This document shows, in pieces, positions 30,282-39,358 of a stretch of 64,000 bases of DNA. The notes under the pieces were generated by a model that had not been told where the DNA came from, made no database searches, and saw only the letters and a program-made list of their open reading frames with translations. The stretch is from a virus, in the IMG/VR virus record IMGVR_UViG_3300034418_007243, positions 45,875 through 109,874 of that record; one strand, given 5' to 3'. The position numbers and the translations under genes are program-made. Numbering within the stretch: the stretch's first letter is position 1; the number at the start of each line of letters is the position of its first letter.

Positions 30282-33200
30282 ATGCCTACTTGTCCTAATA
30301 TAAATAGTCCTGAATGGAAAGCTTTAGTAAATAATCCTAACATAGGTACATTTCAAGCTTATAAAGATTTTTTTGAAAGTGGCACAATTAGAAGTGAGCA
30401 AGAAATACTGGACAAACTTGAACAAAGAGAAATGACTCCTATTAACCGTGGTATTAGTGAGCCTAATACACAAGAGTTATATGAAGAGTATGGAATGAAG
30501 TTTGAATTAAGTTTAAATATTGATTCTATAAAACAAGATAGAGCTACTGAATTTGCTGATAGATTAAGTAATGCTTTAGGTATAGATTATGAAATGATCA
30601 CTGCTTCAGAAGCTCAAGAGATTACTAAAGATGCTCAAAACCCTTGGTCTGGACAATCTGCATTTTTCTTTGGTGATAAGGTTTATTTTATCAATAATAG
30701 AATGACTACAGATCTTGTGTTTCATGAGTTTGCACACCCTTTAGTAAGAAGTTTAGCTAAACAAAACAGAAAACTTTTTGAAAACTTATTTAACCAGGTA
30801 CAACAGAGTAAAGAAGGACAAGATATAATTAATAGTGTTTTAGAAAAATATACTGAACTAGATCCAAATTCTGATTTATTTAAAGAAGAAGTAATTGTAC
30901 AAGCCCTTGAAAAAAGTTATAAAGATAAATCTGCAAACATTAAAAGTAGTAGCCCTTTTACAAAAGCTATTAAAAACTTGCTTTATGCAATTAAGCAAGC
31001 TATACGTCAAGTTTTTGGTAAAAGCCTCCCCGTTTCTAAACTTTCTGCTGAGACTACTCTTAATGAGCTTGCTAATATGTTAGAGCAAGGTGAAAAGTTT
31101 TCATTAGAAAAACAATTGATTACTAATGAAGATATTGTTGCTTATAATAAAGAAATGATAAATACTCTAACTAAAGAGTTGCAGTCAGTTGAAAAACAAG
31201 ATATACAAGCAAGCATTAACTCGTTTTATGACAAGTTAAATATTCAAATTGAAATGCTCAAAAAGAATAAAAATCTTGATGAGTTAGCTAGAATAATTTT
31301 ATATACTACAGGTAATGAGAATATCTTTGATATGAAGAGAGATCTTCAAGCTTATCAAAGTAAAGTTGTTAGAGAAACTGAAAAACTTCAAGATGAAATA
31401 GCTGAGTATAGAACTAGAGTCAAAGCTTTAGCTAATAGTATGTATACATTAGAAGTGGTTTTATCTAAAATGAAAAACCATATTAAAGATCTTGAAAAAA
31501 ATGCTGAGACTAGAGAAGCAATGCATAAAGCTCATTACTATGATAAAATTATTAATTATTGGGATGGGTTTATACAAGAAATAGAAAAAACATTATCTGA
31601 TGCTAATGTTCCTAATGATGCTAAGATAGTGTCATTAGTAAATTCTATTAGAAGAAGTATCCGTACATCTAAAGATGGTATTAATAAAATGATGGAAGAA
31701 GGTGCTATAGATGGTCTATGGCAACAATTAGCACCTATGAATAAAGATATTGGAGAAAGGTATGAAAGAATAATAGCAGAGCTAAAAAGAAAAAAGGCAC
31801 CCCGAGAAAAAATAAATAGAATCTTTAAAGAGTATCACGGTATGACTGAAGAGCAGTATAACCGTTTTAAAGAATTATCTAATAAGAAAGCAAAAGACGG
31901 ACTTTCAGTTAAAGAAGATCAAGAGTTAGCAACACTACAAGGTTTATCTAAATCTGGTTTATCTATAAGTAAAGAAAAGATTAGAGGATTAATAAAAGGA
32001 GAAATAGGGGACGCAAATTATTTTAATAGTTACTTGGAAGGTTATTTGTATAATACAGACCCGATTATTGGAGGTTTGGCGTTGTACACAAAGAATGCGT
32101 TGAATGAAGTGATGATAGTAACACAATCAAAGATGAACACATTTGCTGAAGAGCTTAGACCTTTGTTAGAAGCTGCAGGATATAATCCAACTAATAAAGG
32201 TAAGCTTGGTGAAGATGTTGGTTTCTTAGATACTGTTGCAAGATTTAATCCTGAGACAGGTGTTATGGAAGAGAAAAAGGTTTGGACATTCTTGAATCCT
32301 TTTAAGAATTATAGATATGATGAAGACCGTTTAGAGCGTAATCTTGCTGATGCTTATGATAATTGGATTATAAATAATACTGATGCAGCTAAGAAAGAAT
32401 ATCTTGATGCTAAAGCAGAACTAAGAGAGTTTAAGACTACATATATGAATCAGGAATATACTTCTGATTTTTATGCTAGAAAAGAAAGATTGCAGAAGAC
32501 AGCTGTAGGAAGAGAGGTTCTTGCTTATTTAGAAGATTTTTTCCAAAGATTGCGTGAAGTTACAGAACCTAATAATACTGAGATAGATAAATTAGATTCT
32601 TATGATATAGTACAAGCATTATGGAGAGAGTATAGACAAGCTCATTCTATGTATGATTTAAATGGTAAATTAAAATCAAATAAACCTGATCCTGTTACTG
32701 GTATATCTCCATTAGCTTTAGCTAAAGAAATGCGTCAATACAGAGAAGAAGGTAGAGATTTTTATGAATGGAAAGTAAGAACTAATGCTTTTGAAACTGC
32801 TTATAGAGATTATCAACAAGAACTTCTTGCTGAAGGTGTTGGTGAAAATCATCCTGATTATAAAGCAAGAATGGATTTGTGGAAACAACGTAATACTAGA
32901 GTTGTTATCAAGCAGGAATGGTATGAAGAGAAACGTAGAATATTAGCTGAAATAAAACAAATATTAGATAAGTTAAATTTGCCTGAGAATGAAAGAGCTA
33001 AAATAGATCAAGGTATTGTTTGGGAAAAAATTCTTGAGCTTACAGGTCTTTACAGAGATCAAGATGGTCAAATACAAGGACAGGAATTATCTGAAGGTAG
33101 TATACAAGAAGTAAAAGCTTTACAAGAGGAACTTGAAAGAATTAAAAACACTTCTGTAGGAAATAATGGTTTAACAAAAATAGAAAATGAAAGACTTAGT

Positions 33201-36182
33201 GATTTATTCAATATAAGAAAAGAAAGAGATTTTACTGCTGAAGAATTTAAAGAGTATAAGAAGTATATATCTAAAAAAAATATAGCTAGAGGAAAATTAT
33301 CAGGTACAGATAGATCTAACTTAATTAGATTATATAAACAGTTAGGTGAGCTTACATCTAGAAGTGCAACAGAATATTATGTTGATATAATGAATAATTG
33401 GCTGTCTAAATTAAATACAAATCCTTTATATCTAGAAACTGAAAGCCGTACTATTGAAACTCATAATGCTGACGTTATACTTCAAGATTATTTGATTAAT
33501 CCTTTATTAGCAGAAAATGAAGAATTCAAAAAATGGTTTGAAGCTAATCATATAAGAAAAGAAAAATGGAATGCTGAAGAAGGAGAGATGCAAGAAGTAT
33601 GGGAAAGAATATATGCTTGGAATGTAACAGAGCCTTCTGACCCTTCAATGTATGAAACATACACAATAAGAGATAGTGTAGGTAATGTTATTGATACTAT
33701 GAATGGTATGCCTACTATGAACTATTATTACAGAGCAGTAAAAAATAAATATAAGACAAGTAAAGTACAAGGAGTTACTATTGATAACAGAGGACGGTGG
33801 TTGCCTAAGTCTAGAGAAGAAATGGCTAAATCAGATGTTGCGGATAAGTATAAGTATATTAATGAAGAGTACTATGAACTGCAACAAAACAAACCTGAGT
33901 TATTTGCATTACTAGAAAAACTAAAAGAACACCATCTTAAAAATCAAGAAGGTCTTGGAAGATATTCCAAATTATATTTGGATATGCCACGTTTTCAAAA
34001 AGACAATTTAGAAGGTTTACAAAGTACAAGTTTAAATGATGCTAAGAAAAAAGGCTATACAGGTTTAACTTGGTTAGCTAAAAGAATTAGAGGCTTTTTT
34101 AAACGTGAAGCAGATGATGCTGATCAAGGTTTCAATGAGAATCTAAATTTTAATTTAGTACGTGTAGATATGTTTGATAATGAAATTACAAACATTCCTA
34201 TAGCTGGTTTATATAATTTAGATTATGATGATGTTTCTACAGATATTACATATACTATGATGAGGTATATGTTTTCTGCAGAACGTCAAAAACAGTTGAT
34301 TAACATCTCACCTTTTGTAAGGTCTGTGCAAAAAACTGTAAAGGATAACCCTATTATTGATACTAAAAAAATAGATAAGGATAATTTCTTAAATAGAAAT
34401 ATTATAAAGTATATTCCTAAAGGAGATAAGGTTAGAGAAAAAGCAATAGACAATTTTATTTCTAGAGAGTTTGAAGGACAGAACAAAGCAGGTGTTGCAG
34501 CTGATAGTGTCTTTCTAAATAACTTTTCTAATCTATTATTTAAGAGAGCATCATTTGCTTTCTTTGCATTAAACATACCATCAGCTTTAAAGAACTCTTT
34601 AGGTATGAAGTTTCAACATATGATTGAAGCTGCAGGTGGTGAATATGTAGATATACCTAGTTTGGGTAAAGGAAAAATGTGGGCGTATAGAGTTATGGCT
34701 GAATACTCTGGTAAAATGCTATACCAAAAAAGAGGAGCTTTAACATTAGATCATCAAATTGTAGAAATCTTTGATCCTATACAAGATAGATTTGCAGAGA
34801 AGTTTGGTGAAAGATTATCTAGAACTGTAGCATCTGACGCAGCAGGTTTAAGTTGGTTATATAGCATACGTAAATGGGTAGAAGCACAAGCAGCTATGGA
34901 ACTGTTTGCCGGTATGGCTTACAAGCAAAAAATAAATAGACGAGTTAATGGTGAAGTACAAGAAATAAGTTACTTAGATGCTTGGGAACTAAACAACGAT
35001 AAACAGATAACATTAAAGTCTGGTATTGATGTAAGATATGGTAAAAAACCTACACTACATAAATTAAAAGCAGGTGATACTTTGCAATCACTATCTGAGA
35101 AATATAATGTCCCTCTTGAAGAGCTTGAAGATATTTTAGGCAAGCAAAACTTCCAAGAAAAAATACTTGAAGCAGAAAGTTATGAAGCAGATAGACAACA
35201 AGAACTAGATGATATAACTCCATTAACTGAGGATTCTGATTTACTTGAAAGAGAAAAGTATCAAAATGCTGTAGATTTTATTAATAAAAAATATGATCAA
35301 AAAGTAGAAGATACACTTACTATTAAAATAGATAATACTTTATTTAAGTTATTTAAGAATAGACAACAGCAGGTGCAGAATGATATGGGTGGTGCGTATG
35401 CTAAATTTGATCAACCAGAAATGCAAAGATATTTATGGTTTAGATTTGTTTCTTATATGAGAAAGTATTTTACTACTATGGCTCTTAAGAGATGGGGATT
35501 TTCTGGACGTTTATTTAATCCAAGAGCAAGACTTAATCCTGGATTAGGTGAAGCACAAATGGGTTATTATATTGAAACTGGTAGAACTCTTATTAATATA
35601 ATGAGAACAGGCGGTAAAGAATTAGCATATTTAACATCTTCAGAAAAAGCAGCATTAATGCGTTTTGGTACAGAGGTTGTTATGCTTTGGCTTACAATGA
35701 TGGCCTTTGGATTATTTGGCTGGGATCCTGAAGATGAAGATAGAATTGCTAAACTTAGAGCTAAGACAGGAGCATTACCTTTTCCTTTTTCAGAAACAGA
35801 TCCTAAAAGACCCTTTAATCTTAAAGGTTACTTAGATGTACATGCGTTACACTTACTAATGCAAGTAAGAGCAGAAAATGAACAGTTTAATTTATTGACT
35901 GGAGGTGTGCAACAGTATGCGTCATTAACAGATATTAAGTCTGTAGCATTTGGACCTACTATGGATTCATATACGCAAATATACAATGACTTAATGAACA
36001 TTATGACAGGTAGTTCTAAAGCTCAGTATACAAGAAGAATTGGACCTTATGAATGGCAACAAAAAGGAGGATCTAAATTACTTGCACACTTAGCAACAAC
36101 TGTAGGCCTTACAGGTAGTACTGTAGATCCTGTTAAAGCTGTTCAAGGTTTCCAAGCATTCCAGGCTAAAGTTAAGAGATAA
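30282..36182 (+). CDS. Giant ejected protein 3 with N-terminal zincin metallopeptidase, LysM-like insert and C-terminal hydrophobic helix
   Basis: 1966 aa. VFHEFAHP (30723) with downstream EEVIVQAL. LHKLKAGDTLQSLSEKYNVPLEEL (LysM-like). VVMLWLTMMAFGLFGW. Confidence 0.7.
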   Translation: MPTCPNINSPEWKALVNNPNIGTFQAYKDFFESGTIRSEQEILDKLEQREMTPINRGISEPNTQELYEEYGMKFELSLNIDSIKQDRATEFADRLSNALGIDYEMITASEAQEITKDAQNPWSGQSAFFFGDKVYFINNRMTTDLVFHEFAHPLVRSLAKQNRKLFENLFNQVQQSKEGQDIINSVLEKYTELDPNSDLFKEEVIVQALEKSYKDKSANIKSSSPFTKAIKNLLYAIKQAIRQVFGKSLPVSKLSAETTLNELANMLEQGEKFSLEKQLITNEDIVAYNKEMINTLTKELQSVEKQDIQASINSFYDKLNIQIEMLKKNKNLDELARIILYTTGNENIFDMKRDLQAYQSKVVRETEKLQDEIAEYRTRVKALANSMYTLEVVLSKMKNHIKDLEKNAETREAMHKAHYYDKIINYWDGFIQEIEKTLSDANVPNDAKIVSLVNSIRRSIRTSKDGINKMMEEGAIDGLWQQLAPMNKDIGERYERIIAELKRKKAPREKINRIFKEYHGMTEEQYNRFKELSNKKAKDGLSVKEDQELATLQGLSKSGLSISKEKIRGLIKGEIGDANYFNSYLEGYLYNTDPIIGGLALYTKNALNEVMIVTQSKMNTFAEELRPLLEAAGYNPTNKGKLGEDVGFLDTVARFNPETGVMEEKKVWTFLNPFKNYRYDEDRLERNLADAYDNWIINNTDAAKKEYLDAKAELREFKTTYMNQEYTSDFYARKERLQKTAVGREVLAYLEDFFQRLREVTEPNNTEIDKLDSYDIVQALWREYRQAHSMYDLNGKLKSNKPDPVTGISPLALAKEMRQYREEGRDFYEWKVRTNAFETAYRDYQQELLAEGVGENHPDYKARMDLWKQRNTRVVIKQEWYEEKRRILAEIKQILDKLNLPENERAKIDQGIVWEKILELTGLYRDQDGQIQGQELSEGSIQEVKALQEELERIKNTSVGNNGLTKIENERLSDLFNIRKERDFTAEEFKEYKKYISKKNIARGKLSGTDRSNLIRLYKQLGELTSRSATEYYVDIMNNWLSKLNTNPLYLETESRTIETHNADVILQDYLINPLLAENEEFKKWFEANHIRKEKWNAEEGEMQEVWERIYAWNVTEPSDPSMYETYTIRDSVGNVIDTMNGMPTMNYYYRAVKNKYKTSKVQGVTIDNRGRWLPKSREEMAKSDVADKYKYINEEYYELQQNKPELFALLEKLKEHHLKNQEGLGRYSKLYLDMPRFQKDNLEGLQSTSLNDAKKKGYTGLTWLAKRIRGFFKREADDADQGFNENLNFNLVRVDMFDNEITNIPIAGLYNLDYDDVSTDITYTMMRYMFSAERQKQLINISPFVRSVQKTVKDNPIIDTKKIDKDNFLNRNIIKYIPKGDKVREKAIDNFISREFEGQNKAGVAADSVFLNNFSNLLFKRASFAFFALNIPSALKNSLGMKFQHMIEAAGGEYVDIPSLGKGKMWAYRVMAEYSGKMLYQKRGALTLDHQIVEIFDPIQDRFAEKFGERLSRTVASDAAGLSWLYSIRKWVEAQAAMELFAGMAYKQKINRRVNGEVQEISYLDAWELNNDKQITLKSGIDVRYGKKPTLHKLKAGDTLQSLSEKYNVPLEELEDILGKQNFQEKILEAESYEADRQQELDDITPLTEDSDLLEREKYQNAVDFINKKYDQKVEDTLTIKIDNTLFKLFKNRQQQVQNDMGGAYAKFDQPEMQRYLWFRFVSYMRKYFTTMALKRWGFSGRLFNPRARLNPGLGEAQMGYYIETGRTLINIMRTGGKELAYLTSSEKAALMRFGTEVVMLWLTMMAFGLFGWDPEDEDRIAKLRAKTGALPFPFSETDPKRPFNLKGYLDVHALHLLMQVRAENEQFNLLTGGVQQYASLTDIKSVAFGPTMDSYTQIYNDLMNIMTGSSKAQYTRRIGPYEWQQKGGSKLLAHLATTVGLTGSTVDPVKAVQGFQAFQAKVKR

Positions 36183-36207
36183 TACTTCTATAGCAGTCTT
36201 AGTTGTG

Positions 36208-36241
36208 AAAAAAAAAAGAGAGAAGAAAAAATCTTCTCTCT
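36208..36241 (-). terminator. Intrinsic terminator between the convergent blocks
   Basis: Stem agagagaaga/tcttctctct next to an A-run on + (a U-tract on the - strand). Confidence 0.8.
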
Positions 36242-36266
36242 AGACACATAAGGAATCAAGTTGGCT

Positions 36267-37004
36267 TTACTTATCAAATTTAGTTAAGTTATATTTTTTT
36301 ATAATGCTTCTAAGTTTGCACTGATAGCAACTATTCATACAGCTTGTAGCATAAAGATACTTTCCTTTAGCTCTAAATTTTTTAGATTGTTCTACTGTAC
36401 TGCCACCACATAAAGCTTTAATCCAAGATTTAACTGTAGGTTTTCCTTTTATTCTAGGAGCATATACTCTTGTTAAAAGAGATACATGACTTCTTAGCGA
36501 AAACCAATGAGATTTAAATTTAGTAAACTTATCATCTAGATTATCATCAGCTGCTACTAAATATCCTAACTCCTGACCACGGTACTTATGACCAAAAAGA
36601 TTATTGCCTTCTACGGCTAATCTTGATATACCAAAGTTACTTTCTAATATGGCCTGTGCTATTACAATACTAGGTTTTATTTTAGGATAAGACTTGACTT
36701 CTTTCTGTGTAGCTTCACCTATAAAATTAATGAACTCTTGAATATGTATTTCTTTCCAAGTTTTAAATCTTGATCTTACAATATAATCATTATACTTTAT
36801 ATGTTCTCCTCTCCATTCAGAAGCAGTTAACCATTTTCTATTTACTGGTAATGCAAAAAGATTGTACTCTGTATCTTTGCTGACATCATATCTGCCAGCA
36901 TAAACTTCAGTACCAAAATCTTCTTTAACTTCTTTTTTATTAGTTGATATAAAATTTAAACTAAATAAGTATATAGCTATAGTAGCTAAAAACTTCTTAG
37001 TCAT
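36267..37004 (-). CDS. GH73 glucosaminidase (FlgJ-like) peptidoglycan hydrolase with N-terminal signal/anchor; candidate endolysin
   Basis: IVIAQAILESNFGISRLAVEGNNLFGHK and YATS motifs; N-terminus MTKKFLATIAIYLFSLNFIS. Confidence 0.85.
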   Translation of the reverse strand: MTKKFLATIAIYLFSLNFISTNKKEVKEDFGTEVYAGRYDVSKDTEYNLFALPVNRKWLTASEWRGEHIKYNDYIVRSRFKTWKEIHIQEFINFIGEATQKEVKSYPKIKPSIVIAQAILESNFGISRLAVEGNNLFGHKYRGQELGYLVAADDNLDDKFTKFKSHWFSLRSHVSLLTRVYAPRIKGKPTVKSWIKALCGGSTVEQSKKFRAKGKYLYATSCMNSCYQCKLRSIIKKYNLTKFDK

Positions 37005-37207
37005 TAGGCTTGATTAAGCATTTTAGACCAACCAATAGCAGCTTCTTTAACGTGAGCCATATATCTTAGCTTTTCTTCTTCTGTCTGTTCTGACTTACCA
37101 ACTTCAAAAGCTCTTTCTATTGCTTCAATATATTCACCTAAAGTAAACAATCTAGCTTCTTCTCTAATTCCTATTTGAGCAAGATTGTTTTTAAATACAT
37201 CTGACAT
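37004..37207 (-). CDS. Hypothetical protein
   Basis: 67-aa ORF whose stop overlaps the next start. Confidence 0.6.
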   Translation of the reverse strand: MSDVFKNNLAQIGIREEARLFTLGEYIEAIERAFEVGKSEQTEEEKLRYMAHVKEAAIGWSKMLNQA

Positions 37208-37228
37208 AATTATTGTAGTTTAATTAGG

Positions 37229-37257
37229 AAAAAAAGGAGAGTTAAAAATAACTCTCC
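37229..37257 (-). terminator. Intrinsic terminator
   Basis: ggagagtta-aaaa-taactctcc stem plus A7 on +. Confidence 0.75.
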
Positions 37258-37284
37258 CCAAATTTCAAATATGAAAAACGATAG

Positions 37285-37587
37285 CTAATCTTTAACAAAT
37301 TGTCCATCAACCATTTTACCTGTTCTATCTTTAATAGTATGCCAGGCTGATTCAAGACAATCTTCAAGGTTCATATCTTGCATGTGAGCTTGTATCAATA
37401 GTGTTACCATTATATCTCCAAGCGCATCTTTAATTTCTTCTTTGTCATCTGTTATTATAGCATGACATAGTTCTGATAATTCTTCTACAGTTTTCATAGC
37501 TTGTGCATAAGGTTTAGGATCTTTTAGTATTCCTTTTTCTTCTGCCCATGCTATAATCAAACATTCTAATTCATAATAGTCCATCAT
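37285..37587 (-). CDS. MazG-like all-alpha NTP pyrophosphohydrolase
   Basis: KTVEELSEL...IKDALGDIMVTL...AWHTIKDRTGKMVDGQFVK. Confidence 0.85.
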   Translation of the reverse strand: MMDYYELECLIIAWAEEKGILKDPKPYAQAMKTVEELSELCHAIITDDKEEIKDALGDIMVTLLIQAHMQDMNLEDCLESAWHTIKDRTGKMVDGQFVKD

Positions 37588-37629
37588 ATCTTTGATTTTG
37601 TGTATACAATATATTGAGATAATTTCATA

Positions 37630-38463
37630 TTAAAAAATATATCTTATAGTATTTAAAGGAAAATACTGACTATATATCTTTTTAAATTTATCAATATATT
37701 TAGTTTTATTTTTTATTGGATAACGCATTACTCCTGATTGATTTTTTATTTCATTAGAAAACCTCATAAGTTCTCTAGCTTCTGGAGATGCTTTTTGCAT
37801 TTGTAATGGATGATTAGTTAATGCTATTACCTCACATTTATTTACACCAGCTAGTTCTTTTACATTACAAAATAAGTCATCATACTCATATGTCCAGCCT
37901 GGTACAAATATTACTGGGCTATAGTTTATATGTACTTCCCATCCTAAATCAATTAATCTATCTATATCATATATTCTAGATATAATTTTTTGCATTTTAG
38001 GTTCTAGAATATCTGAATATACTTGAGGCATTAAACTAACTCTTACTCTTGGTTTTTTGTTAAAGTTATTTACATTAAGTTTCAACAGACCAGGGTATTT
38101 AGTAGCCATTGTTGTATTTAATCTTGGATGATCATCATACCGTTTAAGATAATTATATAAAGATTCAGGAAGATGTTTTTGCATAAGTACAAGATCTGTG
38201 TTACATGCAATATCTACCATAGTATATACAGGGTCCTGTTGATCTGGTACTTTTGTATAACCTTTTTCCCACTCTACTACAGATTGAAATATGTCATCTA
38301 CATTAGTATTTACAAATACTCTTTTACCATTATACCTAGACATGTAACAGTAAGTATCAACACAACCTCCGTAACAACCATATATTAGATTGGGTGCTAT
38401 ACAATTAGCACTATTATTATTTGGTTTTGTTATTAAAGTTTTTGTTTTTTGAGTTTTTATCAT
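37630..38463 (-). CDS. Spore photoproduct lyase-like radical SAM protein
   Basis: GCYGGCVDTYCYM cluster motif. DIACNTDLV resembles the SplB H-donor Cys motif. Also ATKY, RVRVSL, ISRI, GWEVHINYSPVI and GWTYEY. Confidence 0.8.
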   Translation of the reverse strand: MIKTQKTKTLITKPNNNSANCIAPNLIYGCYGGCVDTYCYMSRYNGKRVFVNTNVDDIFQSVVEWEKGYTKVPDQQDPVYTMVDIACNTDLVLMQKHLPESLYNYLKRYDDHPRLNTTMATKYPGLLKLNVNNFNKKPRVRVSLMPQVYSDILEPKMQKIISRIYDIDRLIDLGWEVHINYSPVIFVPGWTYEYDDLFCNVKELAGVNKCEVIALTNHPLQMQKASPEARELMRFSNEIKNQSGVMRYPIKNKTKYIDKFKKIYSQYFPLNTIRYIF

Positions 38464-38641
38464 AATTATATGCGTTCATTATTCTTGCAGGAATTACTTT
38501 TGTGTTATTGCATCTATCACAACATCTGCCATTATTGATAGGTTGAGCATTATGTCCCTTGTCAAATACAACTTTTTGCAATCCTTCTTTGTCAGTTATA
38601 ACATTACCTAAGATGTCTTTATTACAGATACTACATTTCAT
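38417..38641 (-). CDS. Small Zn-finger protein
   Basis: MKCSIC...GHNAQP...GRCCDRCN. Start moved to the internal ATG at 38641. Confidence 0.65.
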   Translation of the reverse strand: MKCSICNKDILGNVITDKEGLQKVVFDKGHNAQPINNGRCCDRCNNTKVIPARIMNAYNYDKNSKNKNFNNKTK

Positions 38642-38654
38642 TTTACTTTTTATT

Positions 38655-39011
38655 TTAATACATTTTGGATATGGATTCATCTATACCATAGTCAATCAAT
38701 ACCTGCCTCCCTTGATAAATTCCCCAATTCTGATGATTGTATAGATCGCAGTTATAAAAGTCCATGTGAGGAAATGTGTTTTTGATTTCAAATATATAAT
38801 TTTCTACAAAATAGTTAATCTCTGTGCATCTTTTTTGGATCACTATGCCAAACCTGGACCAGACTAAAGGAGCCAATAGTTTTCTGCACTTACCGGATTC
38901 CCATACTGCTTTTTCATTTTTACCCTGCAGATACCCTCTGCGATCTATAGGTATTTTGATGGCATATTTGCCTATCAGAAAAACTACCCTTGTTGATATT
39001 TCAATTCTCAT
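38655..39011 (-). CDS. Minimal protein-kinase-like protein
   Basis: TRVVF...YAIKIP...NEK (K/E pair), DLYNHQNWG (catalytic loop), LIDYG (DFG-like). Confidence 0.65.
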   Translation of the reverse strand: MRIEISTRVVFLIGKYAIKIPIDRRGYLQGKNEKAVWESGKCRKLLAPLVWSRFGIVIQKRCTEINYFVENYIFEIKNTFPHMDFYNCDLYNHQNWGIYQGRQVLIDYGIDESISKMY

Positions 39012-39171
39012 CTAAATGTTTTTTTAGTCTATTAATTATTTTAGTGGCTAATTTACCCTCTTGAGAAGAAGAACCATTTTTAAATTTAATAAACTCATAG
39101 ACACCAACTATGTCCTCTATTTCTTCCAACCTCAATTTTACTTTTACAAAATTATTTTTTTTGCTGATCAT
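39001..39171 (-). CDS. Small hypothetical protein (56 aa, not in the ORF track)
   Basis: MISKKNNFVKVKLRLEEIEDIVGVYEFIKFKNGSSSQEGKLATKIINRLKKHLDEN*. Its ATG lies within the junction repeat, and it fills the gap between neighbouring genes. Confidence 0.65.
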   Translation of the reverse strand: MISKKNNFVKVKLRLEEIEDIVGVYEFIKFKNGSSSQEGKLATKIINRLKKHLDEN

Positions 39172-39358
39172 CTTTGTTTTGGTTTTCTATCCATCTTCTA
39201 AATGCTATTGCTACATCTCCATCATGCCAATTTTTTTTATCAGCAGTTTCTTCAACATCTTCAATAACAAAATTTAATATGCTATCAAAATTATTTGGAG
39301 TGTCTATATTTAGTCTGTTAAAAATATCAATCAACATACTTGCTATTTCTTCTTTCAT
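39152..39358 (-). CDS. Small hypothetical cassette protein
   Basis: 68-aa ORF starting in the junction repeat. Confidence 0.65.
   Translation of the reverse strand: MKEEIASMLIDIFNRLNIDTPNNFDSILNFVIEDVEETADKKNWHDGDVAIAFRRWIENQNKDDQQKK

Noticed and set aside
3851-34576. Short antisense or alternate-frame ORFs inside the giant genes (for example 3851-4150, 7134-7523, 16383-16628, 34286-34576)
   Set aside because: Shadow ORFs with F/S/L/I-biased composition, fully nested in long genes.
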